64,000 nucleotides of DNA from Trichoplax adhaerens (lineage: Eukaryota; Animalia; Placozoa): NCBI RefSeq assembly GCF_000150275.1, contig NW_002060967.1, positions 434,001 through 498,000 on the forward strand, given 5' to 3'. Positions 1 to 14,255 of the stretch are shown here, one piece after another (position 1 is the first letter of the stretch; the number at the start of each line of letters is the position of its first letter). The notes beneath the pieces were generated by a model, which was given only the letters and a program-made list of their open reading frames with translations, had not been told where the DNA came from and ran no database searches. The position numbers and the translations under genes were made by a program.

Positions 1-18
1 TGCATTCTACTCATGTAG

Positions 19-1104
19 TACCTTGGAGTCCTAGTTGTTATTTTCATCCTTGAAATCGCTGGTGCTATCTACGGTGCTGTTAACCGAGTTGCGGTAATTT
101 AATAACTATTACTGATAATATAAGTTATCATTACATCTTGCTATGATTAAGTGATGTAGTAGTTGGAAGCTGCATGTATAGATACTATAAATACACATAT
201 GCTAACATTTTCTAATTGCAGCTAGTTAGGTAATTTATAGCCTTCGCATAACATGAAGTTTATATAGAGAAATAATAGGTCTTGAATTAATATTCTTTTT
301 ATTTGTAGATTGAAGAAGCGGCCAAGGCAAAAATGACCACTGAAGTACAAATTAGATATGGTCAAGCTAATCAAGGCGTCATCACAGATGGATTTAACAA
401 ACTGCAAACTACAGTATGATCTAATTTTGATAGTGTTTAGCATACCTTTGCTCCTAAATTTTTTATTGTCAATTATTATTATTGAACGACTTATATTGAA
501 TTGTCTTAAAAATTTAGTTTAAATGTTGCGGTGTCAACACCACCACAGATTGGTATAGTAGTGCATGGATAAGTGGCAAGCCCAGTTTTCCGTATGGACC
601 TGCAGTTCCTGATAGCTGCTGCCGAACCTCTACGTTACTTTGTGGAGTCAATTCTACTGCTCATGCTAACGCTGTGATATTTAATGCTACATATTACAGC
701 ATTGTACGTAACGAACAATTGATTATGCCATTAGAACTATGATGAAAATTGAATATTTCTAGTCTTTTTAAAAAATATGTAAAACGTTGTATTAACGGTA
801 TATACCGAGTACGTGAGCTAGCTCATTTTTGATGACTTTATGCAATTGATACATACAGGGATGCTACCAGGCTGTTAGGAACTCCATTACGAACAACCTT
901 GGTTTAGCTATCGGTGTTCTTGGAGGATTTGCTGGTGTACAGGTTTGTCTTGACATGTTCATATTTGCATTTAAATCTATCAAATTTACATGTCATTAAT
1001 TTTATAAATTTTAGTATTTATTAAACTTGTTACTTTTCTATAAACAGGTATTAGGAATGATTCTTGCTGGAGTATTGATTGCTAAAGCAGATGAAGAAGA
1101 ATAA
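19..1104 (+). CDS. Tetraspanin 1 (5' part outside window)
   Basis: GT-AG exons 19-93 (YLGVLVVIFILEIAGAIYGAVNRVA, TM3), 309-413, 518-703 (FKCCG...DW...VPDSCC...LLCG), 859-942 (GCYQ...TM4) and 1048-1104 (VLGMILAGVLIAKADEEE*). CCG, PxSCC and GC motifs give a 6-Cys EC2 loop; all introns are phase 0. Confidence 0.95.
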
Positions 1105-2842
1105 TATGCCTCTGTTTGGTGTGCATCCTCTACGTAATACAACAGAATACGTTCATGGTTTTAGTTAATATCTTGTTGGGGGCATAAATGAATTACGTGG
1201 ATTGCAAAGAAATTTTTATATTAAGAGATTTCGTACCTTATAATAATTGGTGGTTGTTTTAAGTAGTGAATGATTTATCATTTTAGCTTATATTTACGAT
1301 TATAGTCGTGTATACTTGATGCCAGTGTGTTGTTAATTGTAATTTATGGCATCTTCACTTAACATCGTCTAAAAAGTTCTGGGTTCAGGCAGTTCAGGTT
1401 ATAAGTTTTGCATTATAGTAATATTCCTTCTTTTCTAGGTTTATCATATAACCTATTCCATTAAATTTTAAATATTATCCTTTGCGATTGCTATGTAGCT
1501 GTTATCGCTAACATAGTAGGATGTTAGTATAACTGAATGCCATTTCTTATCATGACCGACTTAAATATATGTATGCCAACATCAATTAAAAGTTCGGCTT
1601 GTACTGATGCAGGTGTTAATATCAGCTAATCTCGACGAAATATTTGGTAGTTTAGACTTCAAGTTAAGGTGCGATATGGTGCTGATTCACAGTTATTTTT
1701 AATTGTAAAGTGGATGAATGTATTCAGACAGTTAGTGACGAGAAAATAAAAGATTAATGTAGCCAGTACGTAAATATAAAGTATAATATTGATTTCTTGC
1801 AAAGTGAATGAGGTACGCATGATAGCATTAACTATTTACAGTACTTTTTACGAATATAGGCCATCAGAATTGGATAAAATCTAAAATAGTCTATACTGAT
1901 ACTGAACTATTGTTACCTTGTGTAGAACTGCAAAAAAGGGTAAGACATATTACAATTGTACCGACAGTGCTGATGGATAAAGCAAAGTTAGTAATAAGTA
2001 CTTTATAAAAAGAAATGTCTTCATCAGTAATTTTCTCTAAAATACGTAGACCTAAATTTATATAAGAATCCTATAAGGCTGGCAGTAGATATTATAGCAT
2101 AAGAATGCAGACAACCATTATAATTAAGCATATAGTACAAGTAAAGACAGCGGTATTAATATGCTTACTAGTATGTCGTTATATAAAATTACCGCAATAT
2201 GCTATTTTATCGTTTGCCTGTAGGCGTTAGCTCCTGTCATCAAGTCTTCAAATATTGATAACACTAATATTTAATAATTTTCGATCCCTACTAAACAACA
2301 ATAGAGTTGTTAAGGTGTTGATTTTAGTCTCGATAGGAATAAAAAGTTCATCTATCGGTATTTACTCGATAAAATTGAATCGTAATAAGATAATAAGCTA
2401 CCGTTATGAAGTATATTGCATCCTATTAATCAAGCCACCATTTACTTCAGTCAACATTGTATTATTATGAGTTAATTTATAGTATTTACGATGTTCTTAT
2501 GATCACAAGTTTAATTTTTTAACCGTTGATTGATTTTACTGTATTCTGCCTGGTTAATTTATGATATCCGTTACTGTATATATATATATATTATTATGAT
2601 ATTGCTGCTTCCATTTACCTTTGTCTATTTGGATGATATCTTTAGTTTTGTATTGCTCATGTACATTAGACTGGCTTATCCACAATATGATCAAATAATT
2701 ATATATTTTATAGTATAGTTACTGAAAGAGTGTTATATGAACTGTGGTAAGCAGTTAATGATTATATTGGGAAAGAATTAGTTGCACACTATAACTTTTT
2801 AGCTATCAATCTAAGATTGGAAATTGCTGTAATTGATTTAAG

Positions 2843-5800
2843 ATGGTTGACTGCGTTAGACTTTTATTCTATGCCTTCACTCTCCTTTTTGTGGTAAGAT
2901 CATAAAATATTTTTGTAATAACATGCAGGAAATTCCAATATACTGTACGCTGATTAGTATGACACAGGCGTACGATCGTTGCTATTGCCTAAAAAAATGG
3001 TTGGAGCTAGCATGCCTGCATCTCCATGTTGAAAAGTCTACTGTAGCTTGGTAGTGTATAACAAAATTGATCACAATTATCATCATTAACATTGCCGTTA
3101 TGCTTTAGTACTTCAGTAATCAATATTATAGCTTTGAGCTATAATTTTAAAATTCAGATTTCAACTCTTCGCGAACTAGCTAACCTTACGTAGTGTTGTT
3201 TTGATTGTCAAGCTGTTGATTAAAGTGATACTGAGGACAAATTGCAAATGGATAGATCTTATTTGTAAATACGTCTTTATTTTTAAACGAGCATTAATAC
3301 AGTGAGATATTATGAGGATAAAATACACTGTTAATGATGACTATGTCTGTAAATGAGAATACACCGATGATGCTATATTGCTGTGCAATTCTACTTTACT
3401 TTTTGACTTTAAGTACACATATCGTCTTTAATTACGCCTATGAGGATGTAAACAAATCGATTACTAATCACGTATAATTTTGTGTTGTCAATGTCTCTAC
3501 AGCAAGTATTTCGTATCGATGTAACAAATCAGTAATAAATTTTTATCCTGTAGATTATTCTAATTTTGATCGCGTTAGACAAGATCAACTATAATGTAAC
3601 TACTTTGAGATGATATAATTAATTACTAAATACAGCTGGCTAATATCCGAATGCTCCCGTACAAATTAATTATAGTAATCCTATTATTATACTAACTACT
3701 GTAAAGTCCTTGAAAACTTAAACCATATGTTATTCAAGACTATTGCTCATGAAATGGTATTATAGAAATGTTCATAACAGCTCCTTTAACATTATAACTA
3801 AAAATATTGTAAAATGTGATATTTACTTTACAAGCAGTTCATTGAGTCTTTTAGCTATACCTTTTCTATTTATTATTTCAGACATTAATTTACGAAAAGA
3901 TTCTAATGTATGCTTTGAAACCGTGATGAGGATTTAATGATAATACATAGAATAGAAAGTAATGAAGAAGATTGTGGGTTAAGGATAATATCATCTCTTT
4001 ATAGCTTTTGACACTATAGTTTTGGATAGTACTTAGATGGTATAAGATTAGTTTATATGTTATTCTTTCAGATATTAATCTTATAGTTGAAGGGGTTCTT
4101 CGTCATACTTTCCATTTAGATCCAGACTTTTTTCGAAATGAAACCCTATGGTTACAGTAATTGGTAATTGTTGCATAGTAAATAAATCGCTAATTGATTT
4201 ATTGCCTGAAAGAATGTGAAATTGTATTTTATACCTTCTAAAGATTTACTTTGTATCAATCTAAAGGAAAGCGTTAAGTTAATAACTTTGAAACTCTTGT
4301 TTCATTTTTAATTGCACTCAAATATTTGCTACCTAGCTATGATGTAGTTATATTGTTATAACTGGAGCTGATGTATACTGTATTATTGCATTCTCGATGA
4401 AATGACCGTTATATCATCAGCAATATAAAAGTCAATCCATTTCATCAATTTTACTCCAAATCTAGTTAAAAAGCACGGGTATTCCCTAGTAGATATTTAT
4501 GATGTAATTTTAAGTAGCCTTATACGCCCTGCCGTATATAGTGCATAACACATACATAGATCAATTGGGTTCAGGGAATAAAAGTGCTCCTTACTGTATA
4601 TATTGTATGTAGATATAGTATACGTTTCTATATATGAATATCATTATTTTTGGATTATTTTCGTCCAAGGTCCATTGAAGAATTAGATCATCCAACAGTT
4701 CAGGAATAATGATGAATGTATAACAAAATTTAAATTTATACACAAGTTATTATATATCACAATCCATATGACTACTTCAAAAAGGCGTGTCGCTTATAAT
4801 TAACTTTTCAGCTAAGCTATTTGACATCATCATATGAACCACCTGGCCAATTTATATCGAGTGATAGGGATAAAATTAATTTACTTATGATACTTTATTA
4901 TGGATGGAGTTATATGAAATAAATAAAGTATGGCTATACCTCTTTTTTGTTTAGTTATTCATTTTATCCAAGACTATTCAGGCAAAATTAAAAAAAAGCA
5001 AGCTAATTAGTCATCGACAGAAAGAATTGAATGATTACCATTAACTTATTTTTTTACGTACTTTAATCCGATACATTAAGGCCAATTAATTGATATTAGT
5101 TGACCACAGCGGCGTTTATGAATTTCAATTAAATCCATAGTTATGATCTTGATTTCCATTTTGCTAAATGTAAAGTGTAAAATCTTCAACATGATTGAAC
5201 TTCAGAGCCAATTGTAGCACTTGAAAAGTTTTTTACGAGAATTTGATTAATTATATTTATCCTGCTATTAAATTGAGCTAGAACAGGATGCTTGTAATAT
5301 TGCTTTTTACCATATTGTTTATGATACAGTACTAAAAAACTGAGCCCAATAAAATTGTTTAATAAGGAGTAGATCTGAAGCATGTTTCTACTTTAATTTA
5401 GACGCTTAACTCTTGCTATTTGCTGCGTGATTCCTAAATCACCACAGTATAAAGATAAAAATGATTAAATTAAAAAATAGTTTGCTTGTTTAAAGCTCAA
5501 TCATTGGAGAATACTCCCATTTAGTCTAAACTGATCGCTAATGTAGTAATTTCTGACATTTTGACTTTAAATTCGGAGACAGAATGATAATTATTCGCTG
5601 AATCTTTCAAGATTTTATATTCAAAGTAAATTAAGAATTGGATTGAAAAGTCGATCAGAGTTAATATTTCATTCTAATCGATAACCAATTTACCTGATCA
5701 TTGGAAGAGAGTAGTTCTCCCTAATTTATAATAGCTATAACCATAGTTTAATTCCTTATAGAGAATTTTTATGTCGAATACCCGGTATTATACTTCTAAT

Positions 5801-7370
5801 ATTAAAATTAACTATATTCTGGTACTTGTTATGGTTGAATTATTAGTATGTGATTTCGATATTACATTGCCTAATCATTGCAACACCGTTAATTTATAAC
5901 TATAAATAGCCATTTATCCAATTTTATCTATTATTTTATCACCCTATTCTGCTAATACGACGCCAAATAAATCGACAACTTGCCAGTAATCTGTAATGTA
6001 ATCGGTTAAAGGTCACAAAATATTACATGGCCTAATCGTAGCGGCACTGTTAATTTCTAAATAAACGCTAAATAGATATCGGTATTTATCCAATGTTCTC
6101 TATCAATTTATCACTCTATTCTACTAATATTGAGTTGAATAATTGAATTAGGCAATGGGTATCTATTCGTTGTTAATGGAAATTGTAATCAGGCCCAATG
6201 GAAATATAATTAGTGTTATGGCTGATTGATTCTTGGTTTACAGCAGCATATGTCATGATTGCTGTAGGTGTCTTTATATTGTTGATTTCTATGATCGGAT
6301 TTTATGGAGCTAGGAAATCCAGCAAGTAAATGCTTGGTATTGTAAGTAGTTGCTAACTTTAATTTGCAATTCATATCATAGCCCATCATGGATATCCTAG
6401 AAATGGATAATAGTATATTCATTGGCTAATAGTGGTGATTAAATTGTTCTCTAGTGATATAATTTGCTATTAAAATATTGATAACACTAGAATCTATACT
6501 CTTTACGAGGTTCAAATTGAATTTCTTGTTACAAAAGTATACGTCTTACGTAAGAAATCTTTGATCTATCAAATAATCGCGACTGAATTGTCCTTATTCT
6601 ATTTTGTACTTTTTAGTATTTGACAGTTGCTATCATTATTTTCATCTTGCAAATTGTTGGTGCAATTTACGCTGGAGAGAATCGAGAGAGTGTAAGTGGA
6701 AATAATTGAAAAATTATTTCAAATGCTGTACAACTATTTAAAGTATTCGTCATCTGGAGAGATGATATTTTTCAATGTTTGTTCTTATACTTAAAATATT
6801 AGATCCTCCTCGCTATTCGAACTAGAATGACAAGCATTTTACAAACTCAATATGGCAAGAGATTGCATGATTACAAATGCACAAGAAATGAAACTATACA
6901 GGCTTAAATATTCGAAGAGGAATGTTACTTTGATATAATATCAAACTTGGAAATTGTCTCAATTAGCAACACTATATCTAGATCGTAGCTATTGGACTAA
7001 ATGACTGGTATTCACTTGTACCCAGTTTGCTCTTGCTCCTTGAGCAGCTGTAAAGTAGCCGAACTATGTCTTTAGTTCGCACGATAGTGCCAATAAAAAT
7101 AGGTTGTAGCTAGCTTGTATTCTATATGCTACAGGTAATGGCTCTACGATGTCGTCGCTATTATGATTCAAAATGAATAACAGTAACTCTTCGAGTGTAG
7201 AATTAATAGAGATTGCACCAATAAAAATATACAAAAAATGAAATTCTATACGCTAGGATATTCGAAGAGGAATATTTTACTAATATATAGTAACGTGGAA
7301 TCTACGTTATTTATTGCGATAATTTCCTTTAGGATAGTAGAAATTATAAGAGTCGCGCAAAATTGAATCT
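2843..7370 (+). pseudogene. Tetraspanin pseudogene (paralog of the neighbouring + strand tetraspanins)
   Basis: Exon 1-like 2843-2893 (MVDCVRLLFYAFTLLFV|gtaag). Exon 2, 6152-6341, is 190 nt versus 189 in the paralog, with a frameshift at ~6226 (gctgattgattct) and an in-frame TAA at 6327-6329. Exon 3, 6617-6691, is intact (YLTVAIIIFILQIVGAIYAGENRES). Exon 4 from 6803 breaks off after ...QTQYG. Decayed EC2 remnant at ~6985-7134 (DWYS..PS..SSCK..LC, no CCG); faint exon 6/7-like traces at ~7210-7370. Linking exon 1 to this copy is inferred. Confidence 0.8.
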
Positions 7371-7449
7371 TATAGTCGTATTTGCAGTAATCTTAGATGG
7401 TATTTCAGATCAGGAGCAATTTTATCATTTCCCTTTTATATTAAGCTGC

Positions 7450-7735
7450 TAAAAATGTGAAAAATATGACTTTATGATAACATTGGGTCTACTGTATTAC
7501 ATTTTTCCTAGCGATAGGCTCATGAAATAGATCGAACACTAAAAAATGTGGAGAATGTGACTTTGTGGCGAGATTGGGTCTACTATACTACATTTTCTTA
7601 GCGATAGGCTTATAAAATAGATCAAACACTGAAAAATCTGAAGAAGATGATTTTATGATGAGCTTAAGTCTACTAGAGTATATTACATTTTTCCTAGTAA
7701 TAGGCTCATAAAATAGAGCAAATACTGAAAAATTG
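7450..7735. repeat. Degenerate ~90-bp tandem repeat x3
   Basis: Unit aaaaatgtga...gggtctact..tacatttttcctagcgataggctcatgaaatagatcgaacact occurs three times. Confidence 0.85.
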
Positions 7736-8896
7736 ATTTCATATTCAGAGTTATAATAAGTTAAAAATAGAGTTTATGGCATGAGTACGTTTTAATTCTA
7801 AAAATTGTAATTTGAAGATTAATAATACTACATTTGTACCATATAATTAAGTAGCCTAAGGTACCGCCGGTACTTTAGGTCAATTTATCATACTCGTACA
7901 TTACTAGTAATTTATGAGCCTATTAAGGGACTCAATAAGAATAGGATCCATAATCTATACATAGGCTATAGGGTACCTTTATGAATCTTTCTTTTTTTTA
8001 AGCTGCAAAGAAAGCTAAAAATGCTGGAATTGGATTAGCCCGTATTAACCTATATAACCTTCTCCAATGGCCAAAACAGCTGCTTATGGATGTATATATA
8101 TATATATCTGACAATATAGATCTTGAAGAAATTTTATCTTATAGTATTTTACTGCTTTGCGGTTTATCATCTAAAAGCTACGAAAAAATGCTATAAATAT
8201 GAATTGAAACAATTGTAAAATAGCTTGATTAATTGATGAGGAATAAAAGAAACCAATATAGGTATTAAATGGCTAATTTGCTTACAATATGCCTTTTTCG
8301 TTAGTGTTGGCCTTGTCAGCTGTATTTCATCATTTTTGCACCATCAGTCATCAAATCCTTTACCTAAATGTGAGCATAGGAATCATTACGCGATTGCTAG
8401 ATTATGAGCTAAATATACTTTTGAAATTGTAATATGGTATAACCATCTAGCAGGCTAAAAGCTACCCATATTCTTCACATCATGTATTTTATTCATAATA
8501 GTGAAGAAATACAAGTTATCCATGAATAAATATCAGGACTACACCTCACATTAATCTTATTTTTTCTTCTAGCACTAACTTCATTGGTGATTAAGCCTAA
8601 TCTGATTGTGGGACTTTCCATTGAATTAATTTCTTGATCATCCAATAGATTAGAGCAGTAAGAATAGCATCTCAGCATGACAGTAAATTATGTTTTAATG
8701 CATATGATTAACGGTTAGAAAGTACTATACAAGTTATATGACGCACTAGAAAGCTTATCAAAATTCAATTCCTCTGCGGTGACTCTTACGCCGATCCTAT
8801 TTCTACACGTATTCAATGTTAAAAGGAACGCTCTAATCTTTTCCATTTTATAACTTTGCCATAGCAGTTTGAAAAGTGGTCAGAAAGTCAATAAAC

Positions 8897-11800
8897 ATGG
8901 GTTGTGGAGAGAGATGTATGCTGATTTCATTTTATATCATCACCTTTGGCTTTATGGTAGGTATTTTTTCTTTTACGAAAAGTTATAATAGATTGAAATT
9001 TAAAATTTCTATTCCCCAGTAGTAGTGTTTCTACTATTCAACTTAGAAATAAGTATGTTAATCAGATCCTTCTATCAGACGTAGGCTAGTTGTTCTGGTC
9101 GCAATGGAAGGAGATGAATAAATTTTGAAGTTTCTGAAATATTAGCTTACAAAATTGTCCTAAAATGCAGCGGGTTAATGGAATAGGTCATAGCTACAAC
9201 CGAGTAAAAATTAGCGATATTAAATGATCTTGAATTCAATTTTAGATTTAATCACGATCGCTATCTTGATTGATTACCCTATATCTGAGATCCATAATAG
9301 AGTAGGCTCCTAAGCTAACCCATTAAGATTTTAAATATTTGACTACTATTAATGAATAGATTGTACAGAAGATAAGGCAGTTTAAAATCGATTAAAACTT
9401 AAACATACCAGCTAAAGATATTCTTATCGCAACTCCTATTCATTTTTATCTGCTAAGTATCGAGAACATATGGTTAATCTTGGAATGGATAATTAAGTTA
9501 GAGCGTAGATTTTCTACTTGTTTTAGGCGTTTAATGCCCTTAGTTTTTTCTGATGTAGACAATACGTTTGCAATAATTTCTACTTTCTCACCGTCTTTTT
9601 CTGCTTAATCGGCTATGCTTCCATCTAATTCTAAAAAAAATTGATTATGGGCTGATATTAGTTTACAATAAGTACCGGTATAAGTTCTACTTGAAAATAT
9701 TTCTGTGCCTGTGGGTAGACGATAAACTAAGCTACGGTGCTTAGCAATTTAAAGTAATTTAAGAGAAATGCGGTGAGATCTTTGCATGTTTGCAGTAGAA
9801 TATCTTAATGTGGTCTTTATGGATAAATTTTAGGATAATAATCATTACCTATAGTATCCTGTTTACTTTCATCTAAAAATGACATAAATGGAAAATAATG
9901 TTGACATGAAAATTACCAATTAACGTAATTTACGAGAAATAAGGCGAGACCTTTGCTTGTTTGCAGTAGAATATCAGCTGGATATCTTTAGAAGTATAGC
10001 CTTTATGGATATATTTTATGATAATAGCTATTCCTGTATTCTTTCATAGAAGAGTGAAATAAATACAAGATAGCATTAATGTGAAGATTACTATTTGATT
10101 TGATATAATCGTAAGGTCCTTGGAGCAGCTTTACTTGGGCTGGGTATTTATATTCGGACTAATGGAAATGGTTTAGATATTGTTGTCGATACATCATGGC
10201 ATACTGCAGCATATATCATGATCGCAATTGGCGTAATGGTCTTCTTAATTTCACTACTGGGATGTTTAGGAGCAGTAAGGAAGAGCACATGTTTACTTGG
10301 CACGGTAAGTTAAGCCAACATGTAATATTTCTACATCGATTCCTATTTTTCCATTTCTCGGTTTTCTGTTTTCCTTTTGCATTGAACCAGTTGATATCTA
10401 GATGCATAATTTTATTTTTGAAACTACCAAACTGCATCCTTGATGAATTAAACAGCGTGTAAAGTTTATTAAAATAGTCATCAAAATGCGATTTCTATTT
10501 CATTTTCGAATCTATAGAGGTTGTAAGCTTTAATGTTATTTTACTTAGCATTACAAATTATGTACTAGTAGTGAAATAAATGCATAAGATAGTACTAAAA
10601 AGTAACGAGTTCTCAGTAAGGTGCATATTATTTCTAGCTATAGAGAAAACAGACAAGTACGCAAGAGAAAATAACAGTTCATATTTACCTACAGAATTCA
10701 TGATTCTACGGTATTTGTCCAATATCGTTGTGGATAAAACTAATCTAACAGAAGGATTTTGCTCATGAATTAGAAAGTATTTAACGTTCATATCAAGAAT
10801 TACTATCGTGTAGCCAAGAGAGAAAACAATGCAAATGTTATTCGTTAGCATATGAAATATGACTTCTATTTTTACGTTATGGATTAATTATTTTGTGTTT
10901 TGATTACTGAAACAACTTCGAAATAGTAAAGTGATCGATGTTTAATAAGAGAAATAATGATGATTACAATCCCGATATAATCGTCATTTCTAATTCTAAC
11001 TTCAGCTGATTCGATGAGGATAATTCATGGGTTTAACTAATTTAACAGCTTACTAGAGTAAAGTTTTGCACGAAATAATTGTTCCATATCCTTTTTTACT
11101 CCTTATATGCGTAGTATCTTAGCTGTATGATTGCTATATTCATCGTGGAATTAGCAGGAGCCATTTATGCTGGTATTAATCGCACTGCAGTAAGTATCTT
11201 TCTCTTTCTAGCTGCAAAGCATATACAAAATATACACTGATATTTGCATGCGATTGTTTTATCGTTAATTGCTAGAAATACTATTTTTTATAAAATAAAG
11301 GTTGAAAGCACCATCAGAAATAAATTTAGCACGGAAGTTAAAGATTCATACGGACAACCTCAAAAAAATGCTATTACAACAGGAATCGATCAAATCCAAA
11401 CACTGGTAAATATGGAATGATAAATCTATCCGTTCTAGAACTTTGAGATAGAATTTTGCTATCTACGAATTGATTTATGGTCAATTTTGTTAATCCGATT
11501 GTATCTTTAATTTCTCTCTATCACTGCTATTATAATAGTTCCAATGCTGTGGAATAGATTCGCCTTTTAACTGGACCAATTCGAAATGGTCGAACAGCAA
11601 GCCAGTAGGGAATTATGGTCCTCCCGTTCCAGATTCTTGCTGTAAAATGGAAATGCCAAACTGTGGTACTAATCCAGCTAATCATTATAATGAAACCATA
11701 TTCACAGAAGCAATCTATCAACAGGTTAGAATTACTGTACCACAATGCAATCATGAGGCCTCTTTTAACTATAAATCGTGCATTCTCTTTTTTTAACATA

Positions 11801-12781
11801 TCAGATGAAACATTAATATTGATCGAGAGTAAAAATTGTAAATTAATCACTCTATTCTATTGATCTGTTCGATATCTTACATTACAGGGGTGCTATATCA
11901 AAATTCGCGATTTAATCTCTAATAATATAGCCATCGCAATCGCTATTTTAGCAACATTTGGCTGCCTGCAGGTTAATTTTAGATTGCATGTGTTTATGAT
12001 TGCCATTTTTTCTTATTTTAATCCTAAATCGATCCTTTAGTTTCGTTATATACAGTTAAGTGACTGAAATTGCTAATGATAATTATTCGGTTATCTACGA
12101 GCATCGTTACGCTTACTTCTGATTTTATGGGCATAATCATAATATTTGCATACAGCTCAAAGGTTTAGCCTATCGCTCTGGTGTGTAGTTGCTCGACTAA
12201 TTGCTAATACATCAAACCTTGCCTAATAGGCTTAATTCACCGACATAAAATTAGAGGATCCAACTGTTAATTATAGCTCGATTATCTATGAGCAAAGCTA
12301 CTCTTACTTTAGTTTACCAATATAATTTTTTTAAGCCTGCCTGATAGGCGTGATTTACATACACAAAGTTAAAGGATCCAACTGTTAACGACGTCTAGAT
12401 TATATAAATATCGGAGCTATTCTTACTTTAGTTTATGAGCATGCTTAAGCTACACAAAGCTCAAGAATCTAACTGCTAACGATAGCTCGAATATTTGTTA
12501 ACAGAGCTGCTCTTACTTTAGTTTGTAACCGTGATTATGATAATTACATAAAGTTACATGATTCAACTCTTCATTATAGATAGTTGGCCTCCTAATAGCG
12601 AGGTTGCTCTATAGTACTCTCGGTTATGAGTATGGTTATGAGATTTAACGGATTTAAAGCTAAATGATTGATCATTGAAATGAAATTGTTCGGCTACCTA
12701 TTAAGGTGATTACTCTTATTTTAGCTGGTAGGCATGGTCATGGCTGCTTGCTTAATACGACATGTGAAGAAAGAAGAGTGA
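8897..12781 (+). CDS. Tetraspanin 3 (complete, 7 exons)
   Basis: Exons 8897-8956 (MGCGERCMLISFYIITFGFM), 10116-10304 (VLGAALLGLGIY...GCLGAVRKSTCLLGT), 11115-11189, 11301-11405, 11539-11724 (FQCCG...VPDSCC...NCG), 11888-11971 (GCY...) and 12725-12781 (LVGMVMAACLIRHVKKEE*). Confidence 0.95.
9745..10030. repeat. Intronic duplication (~175-bp spacing)
   Basis: gtaattta.gagaaat..gg.gaga.ctttgc.tgtttgcagtagaatatc occurs twice. Confidence 0.75.
12100..12745. repeat. Degenerate ~100-bp tandem repeat overlapping the last acceptor of tetraspanin 3
   Basis: Recurring ggatccaactgttaa and (g)ctcttactttagtt motifs; the last copy is the used acceptor tactcttattttag|ctg. Confidence 0.75.
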
Positions 12782-13867
12782 TGTAAGAAGAGCAATGTAC
12801 TAGCTTTTCAGCCTTGAGTGATTATATTGTTTGCATACTTTATATATCGCGATCAGGATGATAGAGTAATATTCTATCTTTGCACTTATCATCATGATTA
12901 AATTAAGCTATGTTATCAAGTAATTAATTAGCACAGTTACTAGACTGGTGCTAGTAACAAGTAATGCATAGAAGTGAAAAAGTTTTGTGTGCCTGTATCT
13001 TTCTCTGATCGATAACATGTACTATCAGTTAAGAATCATAAATGCTGCCGTCTTACTTAAATTTAGACTAGTAACGAGGAATAAACTGACAAGGAGGCTC
13101 AATTAAGGCTGCCTTTATAATACGTAGGAATTGCTTATTTTGTTTTGTTTTCTTAATTTATGAAAAATAAATGATTATACGCGTAGAGCTAAGTAATTTT
13201 ACTGTTCGCTATAAAAATAGACGTCGTTTTCATAGATTTTTGACATTCTTTGTGCATATAATTTATCTGTAAAATAAATCTATTCTGTTTTCTCCTAACT
13301 ACTCTCTGATTGTAGTCTAAATTGCATTTATTCGATTCGTTTGAATTAATAATAGCCCTACTTTAAGTTGTTATCGTCTTACATGCTATTGCAGATGTAG
13401 GAATAATGTTGATTAAGCTAGAAAAATCATAAGTAATCATGATAACTCTATATAAAGTTGTCTACTATATGCATGTTATTACATATATTCAGATATTATT
13501 GGCCGATCGGGCAAATACAAGTTATTCTAAAAACGATATCGGGCGATAGCTGTAAGAATCTTTATATTTGTGTTTTACTGAACTTGTTTCAGTAAAGATA
13601 TCGTAATCTTGATTAAGCGAGAGAAATCATTAGCCATGATAGTCTCTACTTTAAGTTATTAACTACATCCACGCTACTACAAATATTCGGGTGGTATCGG
13701 CAGATTGAGGAAATAAAAGTTATTCTATAAATGAATATAGAGTGTACAGCTGCAATTGGAACTGTCCAGTTAACAGTAGTAGATAAGTCTATAATAGAGA
13801 AACTAGACAAATGCACATCTTAAAGTTTCCGGGAGATAAGTAGAGGATATTCTGGATACGTTCTCTG

Positions 13868-14255
13868 AAATGTAAAATTTTATATTTTCGAAAGATATCC
13901 AGAATATCTGGATATTTAAATTTATACCGTATATGATGATGATGTTAAAAAGAACTGCGTCTCTTCTAACTACGGAAGAGAGTTCTAATATGATCTTCTG
14001 TAATTACTCGTGTAAAATTTTATATTAAGAAGAGATATTCAAAATATCTGCAGGAAAAAAGATCGTTTAAATCCAGCATCTACATTTTAAAAGCCGCAAT
14101 TGCAAAATTACTGGATACATATAACAGATATCCAATAAGAAGATTAATTGATATTTAAATTTATACCGGTACCGTATAAGATGATGATATTATGAAGAAA
14201 TGTATATCTTATAACTGGCGAAGAGAGTTCTAATATGATCTTACGTTATTAATCA
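13868..14255. repeat. Intergenic degenerate duplication
   Basis: tgtaaaattttatatt and gatatttaaatttataccg...aagagagttctaatatgatctt are each present twice. Confidence 0.75.

Noticed and set aside
222-11863. ORF-track entries antisense to or out of frame with tetraspanin exons
   Set aside because: They are shadows of real exons or random AT-rich ORFs.
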